64,000 bases of DNA, taken from NCBI RefSeq assembly GCF_001194135.2, contig NC_068990.1, positions 61,214,858 to 61,278,857 of the forward strand, written 5' to 3'. Shown one piece after another: positions 46,935-61,834 of the stretch (the stretch's first letter is position 1; the number at the start of each line of letters is the position of its first letter). The DNA comes from Octopus bimaculoides. Lineage: Eukaryota. Both the position numbers and the translations under genes were made by a program. The notes beneath the pieces were generated by a model, which ran no database searches, had not been told where the DNA came from, and worked only from the letters and a program-made list of their open reading frames with translations.

Positions 46935-49900
46935 GACAGGCTTCTTTCAGTCTCTGTCTACCAAATCCACTCAAGGCTTTGGTTGGCCCGAAGCTATAGT
47001 AGAAGATACTTGCCCAAGGTGCCATGCAGTGGGACTGATCCCATGCAGTTGGGAAGCAAGCTTCTGACCACACAGCCACGCCTAAACAAAAATTTAAATA
47101 GGCATTATTGACATGACCAGATCGACAAAGGTGGCTACACATTAAAATAAAATGAAAATACAGACTATAATAACAAGAGTATTTGATAATGCAAACTAAT
47201 GAATGTCTTCTAACAAATATGAGATAGAAGTATTGTAAAATTATTTCTCAAGAATTAATTACCTTGCACTGTAAAGTGAAAAAAATTAACTGAACTCCAA
47301 ATACCACGGGCTATTAAGAAATGATGAGCAAAACAAAAATAAATAAGTAATAACCAAATGCAGATTCACAACAACTAAGAGAGAAAAAATTAAGACAAAA
47401 CAAAAGAAATTTCTGAAGAAGCAATGAAAGCTGCAATGCTCAAATGAATATTAGCAGTAATAAATTTGTAAGACAATCTAGGATATACTCTGCTTGAAGA
47501 AGCATGGAAAATGCAGGGTTAGAAAGCAAAAAGAGATGGAGAAAGCGAGAGAAAGGAGTGGACAAGGAAGAAATGGGGGGAGAAAAAAAAAGAATCAATT
47601 CTGCTGGAAGACATCAGGATTGATAGACATTAGAAAAGTAGGTCACATTGTTTATCTGCAAGCCAGCATTTGTGAAGAAGTGAGAGGAAATAGAATACAG
47701 CAGAGATTAAATACCAAATTAATAATACAAGTATATATATATATATATATNNNNNNNNNNNNNNNNNNNNNNNNNNNNNNNNNNNNNNNNNNNNNNATAT
47801 ATATTATACAATGCAAAAAAAAAAAAAACAGAACATCATTAGTTCAGAAAGGTCAATTTTTCTGCACAAATGGGGTTTCATTTCATGTTTTTAAAGTGCA
47901 ATTACATTTGTAGGTCAATTAATATATATATGTGTATACATACATATATATATCACCATTGGTATTTTATGTACACATTCTATGCTGGCATGAATTGGAT
48001 AAGTCATTTATTTCAGTTAGTTTTAAATCAGAGTAACTGAACCCTGAGACAGGATGAGAGACATCTGCATTTTATTTTTGATAGGATAGAGTCTGCAGCT
48101 AAATACTGTCCTTAACACCAATCACTTTAGTGAGAGTGTTGGGTACATTTTATTGGCATCCAGAATTGTCATGTCTTCAATAGGACAAAAAAAAAAAAAA
48201 GGGACCCTCTTGCTCCTACACTTCTGCTGGTTCACTGACACCCTACAGAGCATACAGGGTGCATTTTATTGTGACACCAGCATTAGTGAGGTTGCCTTGT
48301 TCAATACCGAAAAAACCCCAAAAAAGGCGACCCTAAAATGAAACAAAATAAACAAAAAACTCTTACTACTCTAAATTGTCTCCATTCACCGAAGGCAATG
48401 TGACCATAAGAAGGGTACATGAGAAGGAGATTACAGAATATTAGGGTGACAGAGAGAAAGAAGCCAGAGTATGATGAGGAAACAAGATAAATAGGGTGAC
48501 AGGGTGGAAGAAAACAAGCAAGGTGTAATAGAAGAGAAACAGTAATGGCAAAGGGTAATGGGAGATACACTATGGCTGCTACTTGTTTGGGTGAGAGAGA
48601 GAGAGAGAGAGACACACACACACACACACACACACATAGTTGTGGAAATGGGTGGATGACAAGATGTCAATAAAGAGGCACAAGTGAGAGGGGAAATGGT
48701 GACAGGCAGTCTAGAAGGGTGATGTTAATTGGTAAGAGAAAGCAGGAGAGTGACAAGAGAGTGATGAATGGCAATAGAGGAGAGATCTGAGGGAGAAGGA
48801 GTGATGGCTAGCAGTAAAAGAAGGTAAATGCAAGGTGTATCAGATCGCAGCAGATTCTATGCAACCCCTCGTTACTCAGGTATCGTAATGGGAGATGGAG
48901 GTGCAGAGATAAAAATGATAATGGTGGGATTGAGTATGGAAATATCTAATTCATAAGTTTATCTCTACTGAAAGTTACAATGTGGGTCGGATGTGGGTGC
49001 TGATGAAAGAGCAATAACACTTGAAATATGCATAAACACCCATTACTTATTATTTTTATTTTGTGTGTGTGTGTGTGTGTGTGTCTGTGATTGCATTGTT
49101 TACATAAACATATTTGTATATTTGGTGCTAGCTCTGAATTCTATAAAAAAAAAAATCTGTAGAAATAAACTTAAAAGTGAGAACATTGCACTGCTAACAC
49201 AAAAAGTAAAGCTTTAATATACTTGGTAGCAAAGCGAAATACCGTGCCCTTGCTAGCAATTAATATTTAGGAAATATCTAAATATTTTCAATTTTTACAT
49301 GGCTGGCATAGCTAACTGAATAGGAGAGGGAGAGATGAGATGGTATATCAAATAGATAAGGGTAACAAGTAGAAGATTAGCAAGTGAAAAATGGACAATA
49401 GGTTTAGGTGAAAATACATATAATATATCCCAATTATTATTATTCTTATTTGAATGCCTATTTCATCATGCTTGCACAGGTGGCTGGGTCTATTCTAGTA
49501 CTGTCATAGTCATTTGCAATCACCTTCATACCATGCAACAACATGAATCAGTGTGTGTTTGTAGAAACACATACAGACATTGATGTCCTTCCTAATGCCA
49601 ACCACTCCAAGAGTGTAATGGATGCTTTTATGTGCCACCGGCACATGTGCCATTAATGTGAAACTAGTATTTTCCACATCTACGATTTCACTTGGCTTGA
49701 TGGGTCTTCTCAAGCATGGCATGATGTCAAATATCTCGGTCATCTGTCATTGCCTCCATGATGTGCAACACTCAAAAGGTACCTAACTTTCCAATTATTG
49801 TACAAGACAGGCAAGTCTTTATAAAGAGTATAACAATATCATTGCATTTTTAAAATTCTTTTACTTGTTTTAGTCATTTGACTGTGGCCATACTGGAGCA

Positions 49901-50569
49901 CCGCCTTAAAAAGTTTTAGTCAAAGAAACTGAGCTCAGGACTTAATTCTTTGTAAGCCTGGTATTTATTCTATTGGTCTTTTGCCAAACCGCTAAGTTAC
50001 GGAGATGTAAACACATCAATACTGGTTATCAAGCGATGGTGTAGAGGACAAACAAAGACACAAAAATATACAAATATATGATAGGCTTCTCCCAGTTTCT
50101 GTCTACCAAATCCACTCACAAGGCTTTGGTGCCACGCAGTGGGACTGAACCTAGAACCATATGGTTACAAAACAAGCTTCTTACCACACAGCCATGCCTG
50201 CACCTATTTATTTATTTGGGAAAGAATTATATTTGTGCCAAGGTGCCACGCAGTGGGATTGAACCCAGAACCATGTGGTTGGGAAGCAAGCTTCTTACCA
50301 CACAGCCATCGCATCCCCCTATCATGTAACAGATATGAATATGGCAGTTACTCACATTTTTCTATGTTTAAGACTCATTGTGTTAAGTTCTTTAGCCAAT
50401 ATGTGAACAGTGCCAGGGTTTATGAAGTTAATAACATATCCAAGAGGAGAAGTCATGTCAACAGTCTAAAACACACAACATTCATACTTCTCTTTGATTA
50501 ACTCTTTAACCTTTAATTTTTTTCTTACCATATTTCTATAGAAATACTAAGGCACTCTAATGGTTATGA

Positions 50570-50935
50570 TGACGAGGGTTCCAGTTGTTCCAATCAACGG
50601 AACAGCTTGCTTGTGAAATTAACATGCAAGTGGTTGAGCACTTCACAGACACATGTACCTTTAATGTAGTTCTCAGGGAGATTCAGCGTCACAGAGATTG
50701 TGACAAGGCTGGCCCTTTGAAATACAGGTACAACAGAAACAGGAAGAAGGAGTGAGAGAAAGTTGTGGTGATAGAGTTCAGCAGGGTTTGCCACCACTCC
50801 TTACTGGAGCCTCATGGAGCTTTAAGTGTTTTCACTCAATAAACACTCACAATGCCTGGTCTGGGAATTGAAACCGCAACCATGACCTATGACCATGAGT
50901 CCGCTGCTCTAGCCACTGGGCCACTATGCCTCCAC
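50570..50935 (-). mobile_element. Family A SINE, more diverged copy
   Basis: Aligns along its length with 6432-6811 and 60076-60462. Confidence 0.8.
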
Positions 50936-51125
50936 ATCTACTGAAATACACTGTCTTTGTTTTGGTTAAACTTTTAAAATAAATAATTTATAAAAATAAC
51001 TGAGCATTTTGATGCAAGTTTTTAATTTAAATCACTTTAAGTCATAAATTTTGTATCATAGCACCAAGGTGGTTTTAGGCAGGTTGGTATCAAAAAGGGT
51101 TAACTACTCATATCCAACCTAAATA

Positions 51126-51273
51126 CAGTCATGGCCAAGAGTTTGGATCATTTCTTAAAAGATTAAATATATTTTTTAAAATTAAATATACGCTCTGACC
51201 AAATATAACTTTGGGCATTTAATATATAAATTCTAATTTTCAGACCTATGTTCCAGACTTTTGGCCATGACTG
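51126..51273. mobile_element. Tc1/mariner-type MITE
   Basis: TA|CAGTCATGGCCAAGAGTTTGGA ... TCCAGACTTTTGGCCATGACTG|TA. Confidence 0.75.
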
Positions 51274-52240
51274 TATTCTACTGTTTTTTTTGTGCAAGCT
51301 GGCCAGATCCAGCCTCTCTCACCTACACTATGATGTCATTTTAAAAATTGACAATCACATCTTTGAAATCTCAAAACTACATGATAATAGATTATTTTTA
51401 AAAAAATGCAAATAAATAAAGCATTACTCTTGACAGAGTAATCTGAATGCTAAAGGGTTAACTACTTAGATAATGAAGTACAAAAAATAGCTGAGATAAA
51501 ATGGTATATGCTGAGTAAAGAATAAAATAGATTTGTTATTTCATGATAAAAAAGAAAACAGATTGTAAGATACTGAACAAAGGTAGTGCATAGAATAACA
51601 AGCACCAAGTTTTCTATGTTTTTTAAAGGCAAAATATTTCAAATTATTACACTGTCTTTAAGAGCAAATCAAACTGCCATTGTGATTAAGTATCTTCAAG
51701 GATATAGAAACACTGACCACTGGAGGAACAGTTTATAGAATATAATAAAGGAAATATCGGTGAGACAGAATGCTCACTAAGACATGGTTTGAACAATAAC
51801 TTTTTTTAAGTTAACAGCTGGGGAGCATTAGAAATCAGACAGCTCAATATGATTACAAGTTCTTCAGAAAATAGTGGCTCAGATGCAAAAAATATTAAGT
51901 GCTATGGCAAATGATACTTAAGCAATCAGAGATTAGTACGTTATTTTTCAAGGACAGAGCAGCACTATTATATATATATATATNNNNNNNNNNNNNNNNN
52001 NNNNNNNNNNNNNNNNNNNNNNNNNNNNNNNNNNNNNNNNNNNNNNNNNNNNNNNNNNNNNNNNNNNNNNNNNNNNNNNNNNNNNNNNNNNNNNNNNNNN
52101 NNNNNNNNNNNNNNNNNNNNNNNNATGCATATAAATATAGTTTACATAAAGCATTGTCTAATATAGATAAAAGTTTTACGAACGTGAATGTACGAATCAT
52201 TAAGTTATAGTGTTTCATATAACTTGCATTGTTTTGGTTT

Positions 52241-52280
<40 letters not shown>

Positions 52281-54420
52281 GGGAAGGGATGTCTAATTTT
52301 TACAGAGAATTGTAAATAAAATATTCACAACACAGTAACTGTGTTTTTTGAGTAACATATAATTCATAAGTATTGCATCAAAAGCATGTGAACAATCAAT
52401 CCCATGTTCTTTTGTCTTGTGAGGAAGAAGAAAACTAGTAAAAGCAGATTCTACTTCCAGACCTGAATGGATTCAAATATAAGGGCTAGCAAAATACTGA
52501 TGGAAAGTCCACGGTCATAGGAAGTGAAATGGCTCTAAGGTGTTGGGTGCCAGCTTATAAGTATTGGTAGTTTTATAGACTATTTGACAAAGAGCATACA
52601 TCAACTTTAACCATATTAATATGAAGGTATCATTATATGACATTGCTTTAAAATGATGCTATTCAATAGTTCGAACTGTACTACAGTTGTACTCTAAGTA
52701 AGGAACATTATTTGCTAACATTTGCGTCACTAACAGCTAGTTTTACTTTTACAAGGCTGAATGGTCAACAGTGGGGAGAGCATCTAACTGTAAAAAAAGT
52801 TTTGCTTTTTGTAAATATCCAAATTTGCAAATAAAAACCAATAAACCCATACATGCATGGAACAAAAATAAAATTCTATGTAAGGGTGTATGTGCGTGGG
52901 AGAGAGAGAGAGAAAGAGGCAGGGGAAAGAAAAGAGAGAATAATCCTGTACATTTCAACACCAATCCAACTTCTATACACAAAAGAAACTAAACAGATAT
53001 TAGATTGAGAATATATAGTTAAAAAAAAAGAAAACAAAACAAGATTAAATAGGCTGTTCAAAAAAAAAAAAAACTACCCAAAGCAATCTGTAAGAGGAGG
53101 AGGATACAATAGTGATATATAGAGATAAATTGTGTATTATGATTTATTTCTACAGAAATGTTCTGAAATATTTCACTTCTAAATATCAGTCTTAAATATC
53201 ACAATCTACAGTCTAAAATATCACAGATACATAAATTGTATCAGACAAGATAAAAATCAAAATATCTGGGTAAGGATTGTGTACCATTCTTTGGTTTAGC
53301 AATATTATATCAACTAGTTTTGTATTTGGATAAATCTTTAAAAATATGACAATCATAGCCACCAATTTAACTCTGCGATACCATAATTGCTGCCAGAAAA
53401 GGTGGAGAAGTGCAAGAGACGATGAATTTGTTAATGACATTTTATAAGTACTGAAGGCTATTATCAAAACACAACTGATGTAAATGTAATATCGTTTTTT
53501 TAACAATTTAGGTATCTTTTTATTCAACAACACTTTCGCTATAAAGAAAAAAAAAAAAAAAAAGAAGAAGAGAAAGAAAATTAAAGTTGTGTAAATGTTA
53601 AAATTCTTGCAAAGTAACATGACTATTATATATTTCCTATGGCACATTTCATAATGTGCAACGAAAATTAATGTTGTCATAACAAATACAGATGATCTCA
53701 GGAAATATTCTAAGAAGTGGTTTAGAGTGTACAGATTAGTAATACTAAACACAATATCAGTACTTCAGCAAGGGAGCTTCTATGCATTGCTCAAACAATT
53801 AGATATAGCAGCTACATCTTGTTTAAATCACATCCTAACCACTGAAAGGGCCACCATATTGTTCAACTACACTGGACAATGTAGTCCTAGATATCTTTTA
53901 TTTGTTTCAGTCATTAGACTGCAGCCATGCTGGGGCACTGCCTTGAAGAATTTTTAGCCAAATGTATCGACCCCAGTATTTTTTTTTTTTAAGCATTGGT
54001 ACTTAATTTATTGGTTTCTTTTGCTGAAGTGCTAAGTTATGAGGACATAAATACACCAACACTGGTTGCCAAACAGTGGTGGTGGGGAACAAACAGACAC
54101 ATAAAGAGATACACATACACACACACACATGATGGGCTTCTTTCAGTTACTGTCTACTGAATCCACCGATAAGCCTTCGGTTGACCTGCAGCTATAGAAG
54201 ATACTTGCCCAAGGTGTCACACAGTGGGACATGAAAATTTTTATTAAAAAAAACCCCAAAAAGCTAGGTGGTCTTGGTTAAAATTCCCTTGATCATTCAT
54301 CTCTTCAATCAAAGCTGCCCTGAAGATAAATAACAATTATAATGTCATAAGAAAATTACTCTCTATCTTTGTCTCTCTCTCTTTTAATGACCATGACAAA
54401 ACAAGCAACATATGTATCTA

Positions 54421-54462
<42 letters not shown>

Positions 54463-56528
54463 ACATGTTTTGAGCATGAGATGCAACTGAACATCAAGTG
54501 GGCTGCACTACTAAAAAACATTCAAGGTAATTTTTCATTAAGCATGTCATTCAGAAAGTTCGCAGTCTGCCCATAACAGCACTAGATTATTCTTTTTATT
54601 AATAACTAGTTGTCTTTGGAGTTCTTCACTCGTTTCAGCACTGATCTTCATCTCACCTAACCAATTAGCACTCAGATTATTGTCAAATATAATAATACTT
54701 ATTTATTCACAATGTTTTGAATTAAGTATACTTTTCCTCATGGCTTTGAGATTTTGATGATGTGATTGAATATTTTTAGAATTACATTGCAGGGTAGATA
54801 TAAGAGACCCGATCTTGACAATTTGAGCATAAAACAAGTAGAATATTTGGGCTGGATATGGCTGGCTTAAATGCTAAAGGGCTAAGATAATAGAAGATCG
54901 TACTCCCCAGAAGGAGTACGAAAGATGAGAGACAGTACTTGAACCTGAATAGCTTGACTGTATTACATTATGTAATGTAACAACGTATGTACAAGAGTGA
55001 ATCATTATCTGTCTGGTGGGCTGGATATGATAAAGTTATTTCAATGAATTTGAACAGAGCTTTAGCAAAGAAGTAATTAATCAAACCGAACTGAATGAGA
55101 TTGCTCAACAGCAACACAAACTCAACATAATTCGTATGTTTTGAAAATATTCAAACTATAGATATATTATTTTTAAACAATTAACACTGTCTGTACTACT
55201 ATTAAATGGTTTTCATCATTATAATAGAAATAGTCTCTATTGGGCAAGCTGTCAAAACAAGTCTAACAAGTTTCAAACAAGCGCAGCCATAAGAGGATGG
55301 CTAGACTTGTTTGAACCAATCCTACAAGGAGAAAAACTGATAAAAATAATTTTAAAAGATAATAATCATTTTATCAATGATTTTTATTAGTAAGTTAGAG
55401 AAAATAATGATATAGATTATAGAGATGATTTTAACATCTATTGTCAATGCATGCATAAAATAAACAGTACTCGCTTGGAAATTGGTAGGATACAATATGT
55501 TGTGATGGGGAAGTGAAATTAAGCAACAAAATGACAAAAAGCAACAACAGTAAATGAAGTAGAACCTGTATTGACTGTCAGACATTTAGAAAACTTCAAA
55601 ACAAATGGATTATGTTTGTGTAGCAGTAATCTATATGATACATCTGGCAGAAATATTGTGTTTCATGGACAATAGAAAGTATGGAACCCATTACTGCTGA
55701 AACAAAGCAAGATGAAAATTATGCAAGACGATGAGCAATGGAAGCTGAGATAGTAGGACTTTGAAAAGGATCAAAGAGATTGTTCAGGAGTGGGGGGGGG
55801 GNNNNNNNNNNGCTACAAGGAAAGCTAGTAGAAATTGAGAGTACATATCAAACATTTTGGACATCAAAAGAGAATCTGAAATGAGATACAGCTAAGTAGA
55901 GTGAAAGCCATTGGTTTTACCCAGTTAATGTCAGCATTAGAAACACAACTGATTAAATGCTGATCTCACTTTCATAATATGGTCTTCTTGCCAGAGTCTA
56001 CATTAAAACAAAAAAAAAAAAAACCCCCCAAAAAACAAACAAACCAACAAAACAAAACAAACTAATATTTACTTTTTCCAACTGGAATCTAAAGTAAATT
56101 TTAAACAATAAATAACTGGAAAATATGTGTAATAATGAAACTGACACAGCAAGTAAGTTCAAGACATGGATTCGCAGTTCGCAGAATCACTGTTCTAACA
56201 CCTGGTACATTTAGAGACCAGATTTGCATTTAAACAAGAAAAGGAGTCTCCATATGCCATAATTATGTCATCGGCCAGTTAATTTGACAAACAGAGTTCA
56301 GTTATGAACAAAACAGTCTGAAACTGTAAATTAAAGGATTCAATCACCTCCATAGATAAAATATTTCAAAGATGGACATCAAAAATGGAAGTTGTAATGG
56401 AAGATGCATTTTGTAAAGCAGGAATTGCTGAATACTGATTTTTATTATCTTTTAACTTATACTTGTTTCAGTCATTAGATTGCGGCCATGCTGGGGCACT
56501 GCCTTGAAGAATTTTGAGTCAATCCCAG

Positions 56529-56590
<62 letters not shown>

Positions 56591-56598
56591 GTGTGTGT

Positions 56599-56632
<34 letters not shown>

Positions 56633-57375
56633 TTGTAAAGCTTGGTACTTATTCTATCAGTCTCTTTTGCTGAACTGTTAAGTTATGGGGACATAAACAC
56701 ACCAACTCCAGTTGTCAAGCATGTGAAGGGAGAGGAGTCAAACAGACATACACATGCATATATTCAATGGGCTTCTTTTAGTTTCCATCAACCAAATCCA
56801 CTTACAAGGCTTTGGTTAGCACAAGGCAATAGTAGAAGACACTTGCCCAAGGTGCCATGCAGTGAGACTGAACCCTGAACCATGTGGTTGGGAAGCAAAC
56901 TTCTTACCACACAGCCAGTCCTGTGCTTTGTTTTTTAAAACTGGATGAATTACAACTACCAACATCTTTGACTCCGTTTTAATAACACATATATACAGGA
57001 ATGTGTAAATCATTGTTAATTCTAAAATTTATAGAAGGTTTGACTTTTTACATTAACACTGGACATGTGACACCTAGCATGTCTAACGGCTTTCAAACCA
57101 GATTTCGATTGAGGGAGCAGATGTATAAGCATTTTCATTTTCTAGAGACAAAGATAATACTAACTTGTTAAACATGAATTAATTTCATTGTAACACAGAA
57201 CCGATTTCCAACACTTACAACACATTCTTTACCACAATCTATTACAGTAAAAACCAAAAAGAAAAGAAATAATCTTATATAACTACAAACAACTCAAATT
57301 ATTTTCCTGATAAATTTTATATCTCCACAAAGGAAATATATCTATGTGTGTGTGTATATATATGTATGTATATGT

Positions 57376-57438
<63 letters not shown>

Positions 57439-59567
57439 NNNNNNNNNNTATATCTATGTGTGTGTGTATATATATGTATGTATGCATGTACGTATGTGTA
57501 TGTAATTATAGATAAAAGCACGATTTGCAGAAATAGTCCCAGTTTACATTACTTAGATGTCACAGTGATTTAATTTTTTTTCCTACTGAGCATATTCTGC
57601 TTTTAGAAGAATGTTACCAATGTTCGGTAATCAAAGTGACAGCTCACAAATAAAAATAGAAAACTGAACATTAATCACCAAACTAAAGATGCAAGAAATT
57701 GTTACAGAAATGAAGCATCTCGGTTTTATATATCAATTATATAAAATTTACTAGTCAAATCAAGTTATGAACCATAGTGTTTGAAATAGAAAAGAGAGAC
57801 ATATGAATATTTTCACATGATGCAAAAAACAAGGAAAATAATTTACAACTTTTAATCTAGTAAACAACAAAACCAAGAGTAAAAATAACATTAAGAAAAG
57901 CTCATTTGTTGGAGACTGGATTTCTTTCAGGCGACAAAATAGCTATTTCTAAGCAGTCCCTTTAATAGTGAATGAAATAACAATGGATAAAACCATTTTT
58001 AATAATAACAGAAAAATCATGGAAGATAGTAAAGTGAAAGAATTTGGTAGAAACGTTAATCATCTATGTGCCTGGAACCAAATGAAGATAACCCAATAAG
58101 AGGAGTGACAACAACATTAAAACCAATGGCTAGGAAAAGGACAAATGTTGATAGATGAAAGTTAATTATTATATGGTGAAGCAATTAACAATTAAGCTTT
58201 AGTTAGTCCTTCCTAGTCTTCAGGAAGCAAATTTCATTTCAGTTATGTTAGTTGTTGATTACTTACAAACAAAATAAGTTCAGCCGAAACTAGTGGCAGT
58301 CAAACTAGAAGACAGGTGATAAAATGTGCAATAAAAGCTGTGTATTGAACTAAAAATATACATATATTCTCAACTGGTCAATGACATGACAGACAGAATG
58401 TAATTGACCACCTGTGAAATGAGACAGCTTTCACTGACATGCAAGGTATAAAAAGTTTTTAAAATGAACAAATAAAGAAGAAAATCTAGCCTTCAGTAAT
58501 GATAGAATTCAGCAAAAACAGATTTTTAATATCTGTTGATTCAAAGACTTCTAAAAACTAAAGTTGGAAGATTTTTATATAGGAAGGTGCCACACCATGA
58601 TGTTGTCATGTAAAAAGCATCTCTGTTGGTGCTATGTAAAGAGCACCTGTGCTGGTGCCATGTATAAAAAAAACACCCAGTACACTCTGTGAAGTGGCTG
58701 GCATTAGGGATTGGTATCCAGCCATAGAAAGCAAACCAAAACAGACAAATGGCTGCAGTCTAATGGCTGAAACTAGTAAAAAAATAACAGATAAAAGATA
58801 TATTTATATGAACTCTACAGGGTGGTTGGTGATAGGAAGGGTATCCAGCCATAAAAACCATGCCAAAACAGACAATTGGAGACTGGTGCAGCTCTCTGGC
58901 TTGCAAGTGCCTGTCAAATCATCCAACCCATGCCAGCATGGAAAACAGATGTTAAATGATTCTTTTATTTTCTTATCTGTTTCAGTCATTTGACTGCAGC
59001 CATGCTGGAGCACTGCCTTTAGACAAACAAATCAACCCCAGGACTTATTCTTTGTAAGCCAAGTACTTATTCTATTAGTCTCTTTTGCCAAACCACTAAG
59101 TTATGGAGACGTAAACACCAACATCGGTTGTCAAATGATGGGGGGGGGGGGCAAACTCAATCACACAAACATATATATATATGTATGTATATATATATAT
59201 ATATAGGAAGGGCATCCAGCTGTAGAAACTTTGCCAGATCAGATTGGAGCCTGGTGCAGCCTTCTGGCTTGCCAGTCCTCAGTCAAACCGTCCAACCCAT
59301 GCCAGCATGGAAAGCGGACGTTAGGCGATGGCAATGATGATGGGCTTCTTTCAGTTTTCATCTTCCAAATCCACTCACAAGGCTTTGGTTAGCTCAAGGC
59401 TATAGCAAAAGACACTTGCCCAAGGTGCCACAAAGTAGGACTGAACCCAGGACCATGTGGTTTGGTACGCAAGCTACTTACCACACAGTCACCTCTCTCA
59501 CACACATTTGCATGTGTGCGTGTGTGTGTGTTTGAATACTGTTTGAAATGGCTCTCTCAGACATATC

Positions 59568-59806
59568 TCAGCTATCAGAATAGCTACTTTCACTTTCAAT
59601 GAAGATCATTCTGAAGACATCAAAGATAAATAATATGAATGATGCTAGAAAACAAACAGAAGAACCTGATGCCATATACAGGTTAGCAGATGAAAAGATT
59701 TCAATCATTTTGTTATCAGCCCCACAACAAACTGGATACGCAATCAAAGACATCTTCAACCCCAAAATCAGAATTTGTAAAAGCATTGTCCAACACAAAA
59801 ACACTG
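59568..59806 (-). CDS. Probable terminal coding exon of a claudin/PMP22/TMEM47-like tetraspan membrane protein
   Basis: Acceptor CTGTTCCATATAAG|CAG| (phase 1 either way), then VFLCWTMLLQILILGLKMSLIAYPVCCGADNKMIEIFSSANLYMASGSSVCFLASFILFIFDVFRMIFIESESSYSDS*. Two hydrophobic segments, short loop, acidic tail. SLIAYPV recalls the SLVxYP[VI] TM3 motif of PERP/TMEM47. Confidence 0.5.
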
Positions 59807-60075
59807 CTTATATGGAACAGGTTAATTGGTGAGAGAAGTTGAAATATTTTAATACTACTTATTCCCGAAAGAGAAGAAAGAAGAGAGAAATGCAATAATT
59901 TACAACTGAAAGGTTTTTGGAGTACTGACACCAAACAATATTAAAAGCAGTACAAATCCCCGAATGAGGCACCACAACATATCAAAGCTGTCTCCTTCAA
60001 CTTCCCAAATTAAAGTTTGCAGCACTGCAGAATCTTTCTGCAAGCTCTACATATGCAACCAATGTTTGGGTACCT

Positions 60076-60462
60076 GTTCTTGTTGGCACTCCGTCGCTTA
60101 CGACGTCGAGGGTTCCAGTTAATCCGATCAATGGAACAGCCTGCTCATGAAATTAACATACAAGTGGCTGAGCACTCCACAGACACGTGTACCCTTAACG
60201 CAGTTCTCGGGGATATTCAGCGTGACACAGTGTGACAAGGCTGACCCTTTGAAATACAGGTACAACAGAAACAGGAAGTAAGAGTGAGAGAAAGTTGTGG
60301 TGAAAGAGTACAGCAGGGTTCGCCACCATCCCCTGCCGGAGCCTCGTGGAGCTTTAGGTGTTTTCGCTCAATAAACACTCACAACGCCCGGTCTGGGAAT
60401 CGAAACCGCGATCCTATGACCGCGAGTCCGCTGCCCTAACCACTGGGCCATTGCGCCTCCAC
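60076..60462 (-). mobile_element. Family A SINE, young CpG-rich copy with TSD
   Basis: GTTTGGG(T/C)ACCT at 60064-60075 and 60463-60474. Confidence 0.9.
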
Positions 60463-61090
60463 GTTTGGGCACCTAACTGTGTAAGATCATGATAATCAAA
60501 TGCCTATTGCAGAAAGTGCTAATCAGAAAAGCAGCTCAAGATCCATCATGTTATAAACATTTGGCATAATGCATTTGTACCATAACGTTATTAAGAATTC
60601 AATGTCAGATTTAGGATGGACTGCACTGGGATGAAACTTAATTAAGGAGACGACAAAGGGCAAAATGTAAAAAAAAATTTTTTTTTTAAAGAACACCCTG
60701 CCTCCCGCCAGTATACATTGTAAAATGGTTGGTGCTAGGAAGGGCATCCAACTATGGAAACCATGTTAAAGCAAGTATTGCCACATTGTTCATTTCTCCA
60801 ACTAATCAGATCCTGCCAAACTGTCCAATCCATGCCGACATGGAAGGTAGACATTACATGATGATGATATACATACATGTGTGTGTAATGTGTAATACTT
60901 TTATATTTTTGACTGTATCAGTTTCATTGAGCCTGTGTCTATATCTCTATATGTATGTGCATTTGTACGCAAGTGTATATATGTATCTAATTTTTCTAAG
61001 TGTCTATAGATGCTCATCTGTTGATACATCTCTACCTATGTATATGCATCTGTGTATGTACATGATTGTGTGTTTGTATGTTTGCATGTG

Positions 61091-61136
<46 letters not shown>

Positions 61137-61660
61137 TGTGTGTGTGTTCTAATTGCATTTATATGGGTATGATTATCTTAAGATTGGCAAATGCTGCCAA
61201 TGTTAAGTGTGACCTATTTGATTTGAATCTTTGCCTTGATTATGAATTAAATTCCAGTGGTCTCTGAATATTCTACTTATCGGTAAAATGTTTCCTATTA
61301 AACTAATAACACTTTGCAGATTGGGGTCACAAAGTACACATGTCCATGCATATGATGTATATGTATGTGTGTATCAGCATATTTAATGTGTTTCTTAATA
61401 AACAAGCATTCTTCTAGCTCTGACAAGGCTAAGAGAATACAAAACTGTATTCATTACAGAGTACTAGTTTCTTCTCTTAGCTGAAACAGTTGTAAGCTAA
61501 TGAGTATAATTACATAATGAATATAATATAATTTGTGTTTTTTTTTTTTGGCATCCAATATTTATATGCTATCATTTATAGCTTTGTCCGATTTGAGATC
61601 CATTGTTAAAAACAAGAATTATAAAAGAGTATTGTAGTTCGCTTGAAGCATTGTGTATTG

Positions 61661-61808
61661 TTTGTAAAGAATAAAAGTTTAGAATGGTACAACAATGCAC
61701 TATAAAACAAGAAATGGACTATAGATAACCAAATTACAACAGGTATATAGTCCATTTCTTGTTTTATAGTGCATTGTTGTACCATTCTAAACTTTTATTC
61801 TTTACAAA
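61661..61808. repeat. Perfect 63-bp inverted repeat with 22-nt spacer
   Basis: 61661-61723 is the exact reverse complement of 61746-61808. Confidence 0.95.
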
Positions 61809-61834
61809 GAATCATAAATATATGTATGTGTGTG

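Noticed and set aside
57335-57485. Short duplication of a TA/TG tract around a 10-N gap
   Set aside because: Same gap-flanking assembly artefact.
59599-59934. Plus ORF 59599-59832 and minus ORF 59716-59934
   Set aside because: Antisense and alternative-frame shadows of the claudin-like exon, or intronic sequence.
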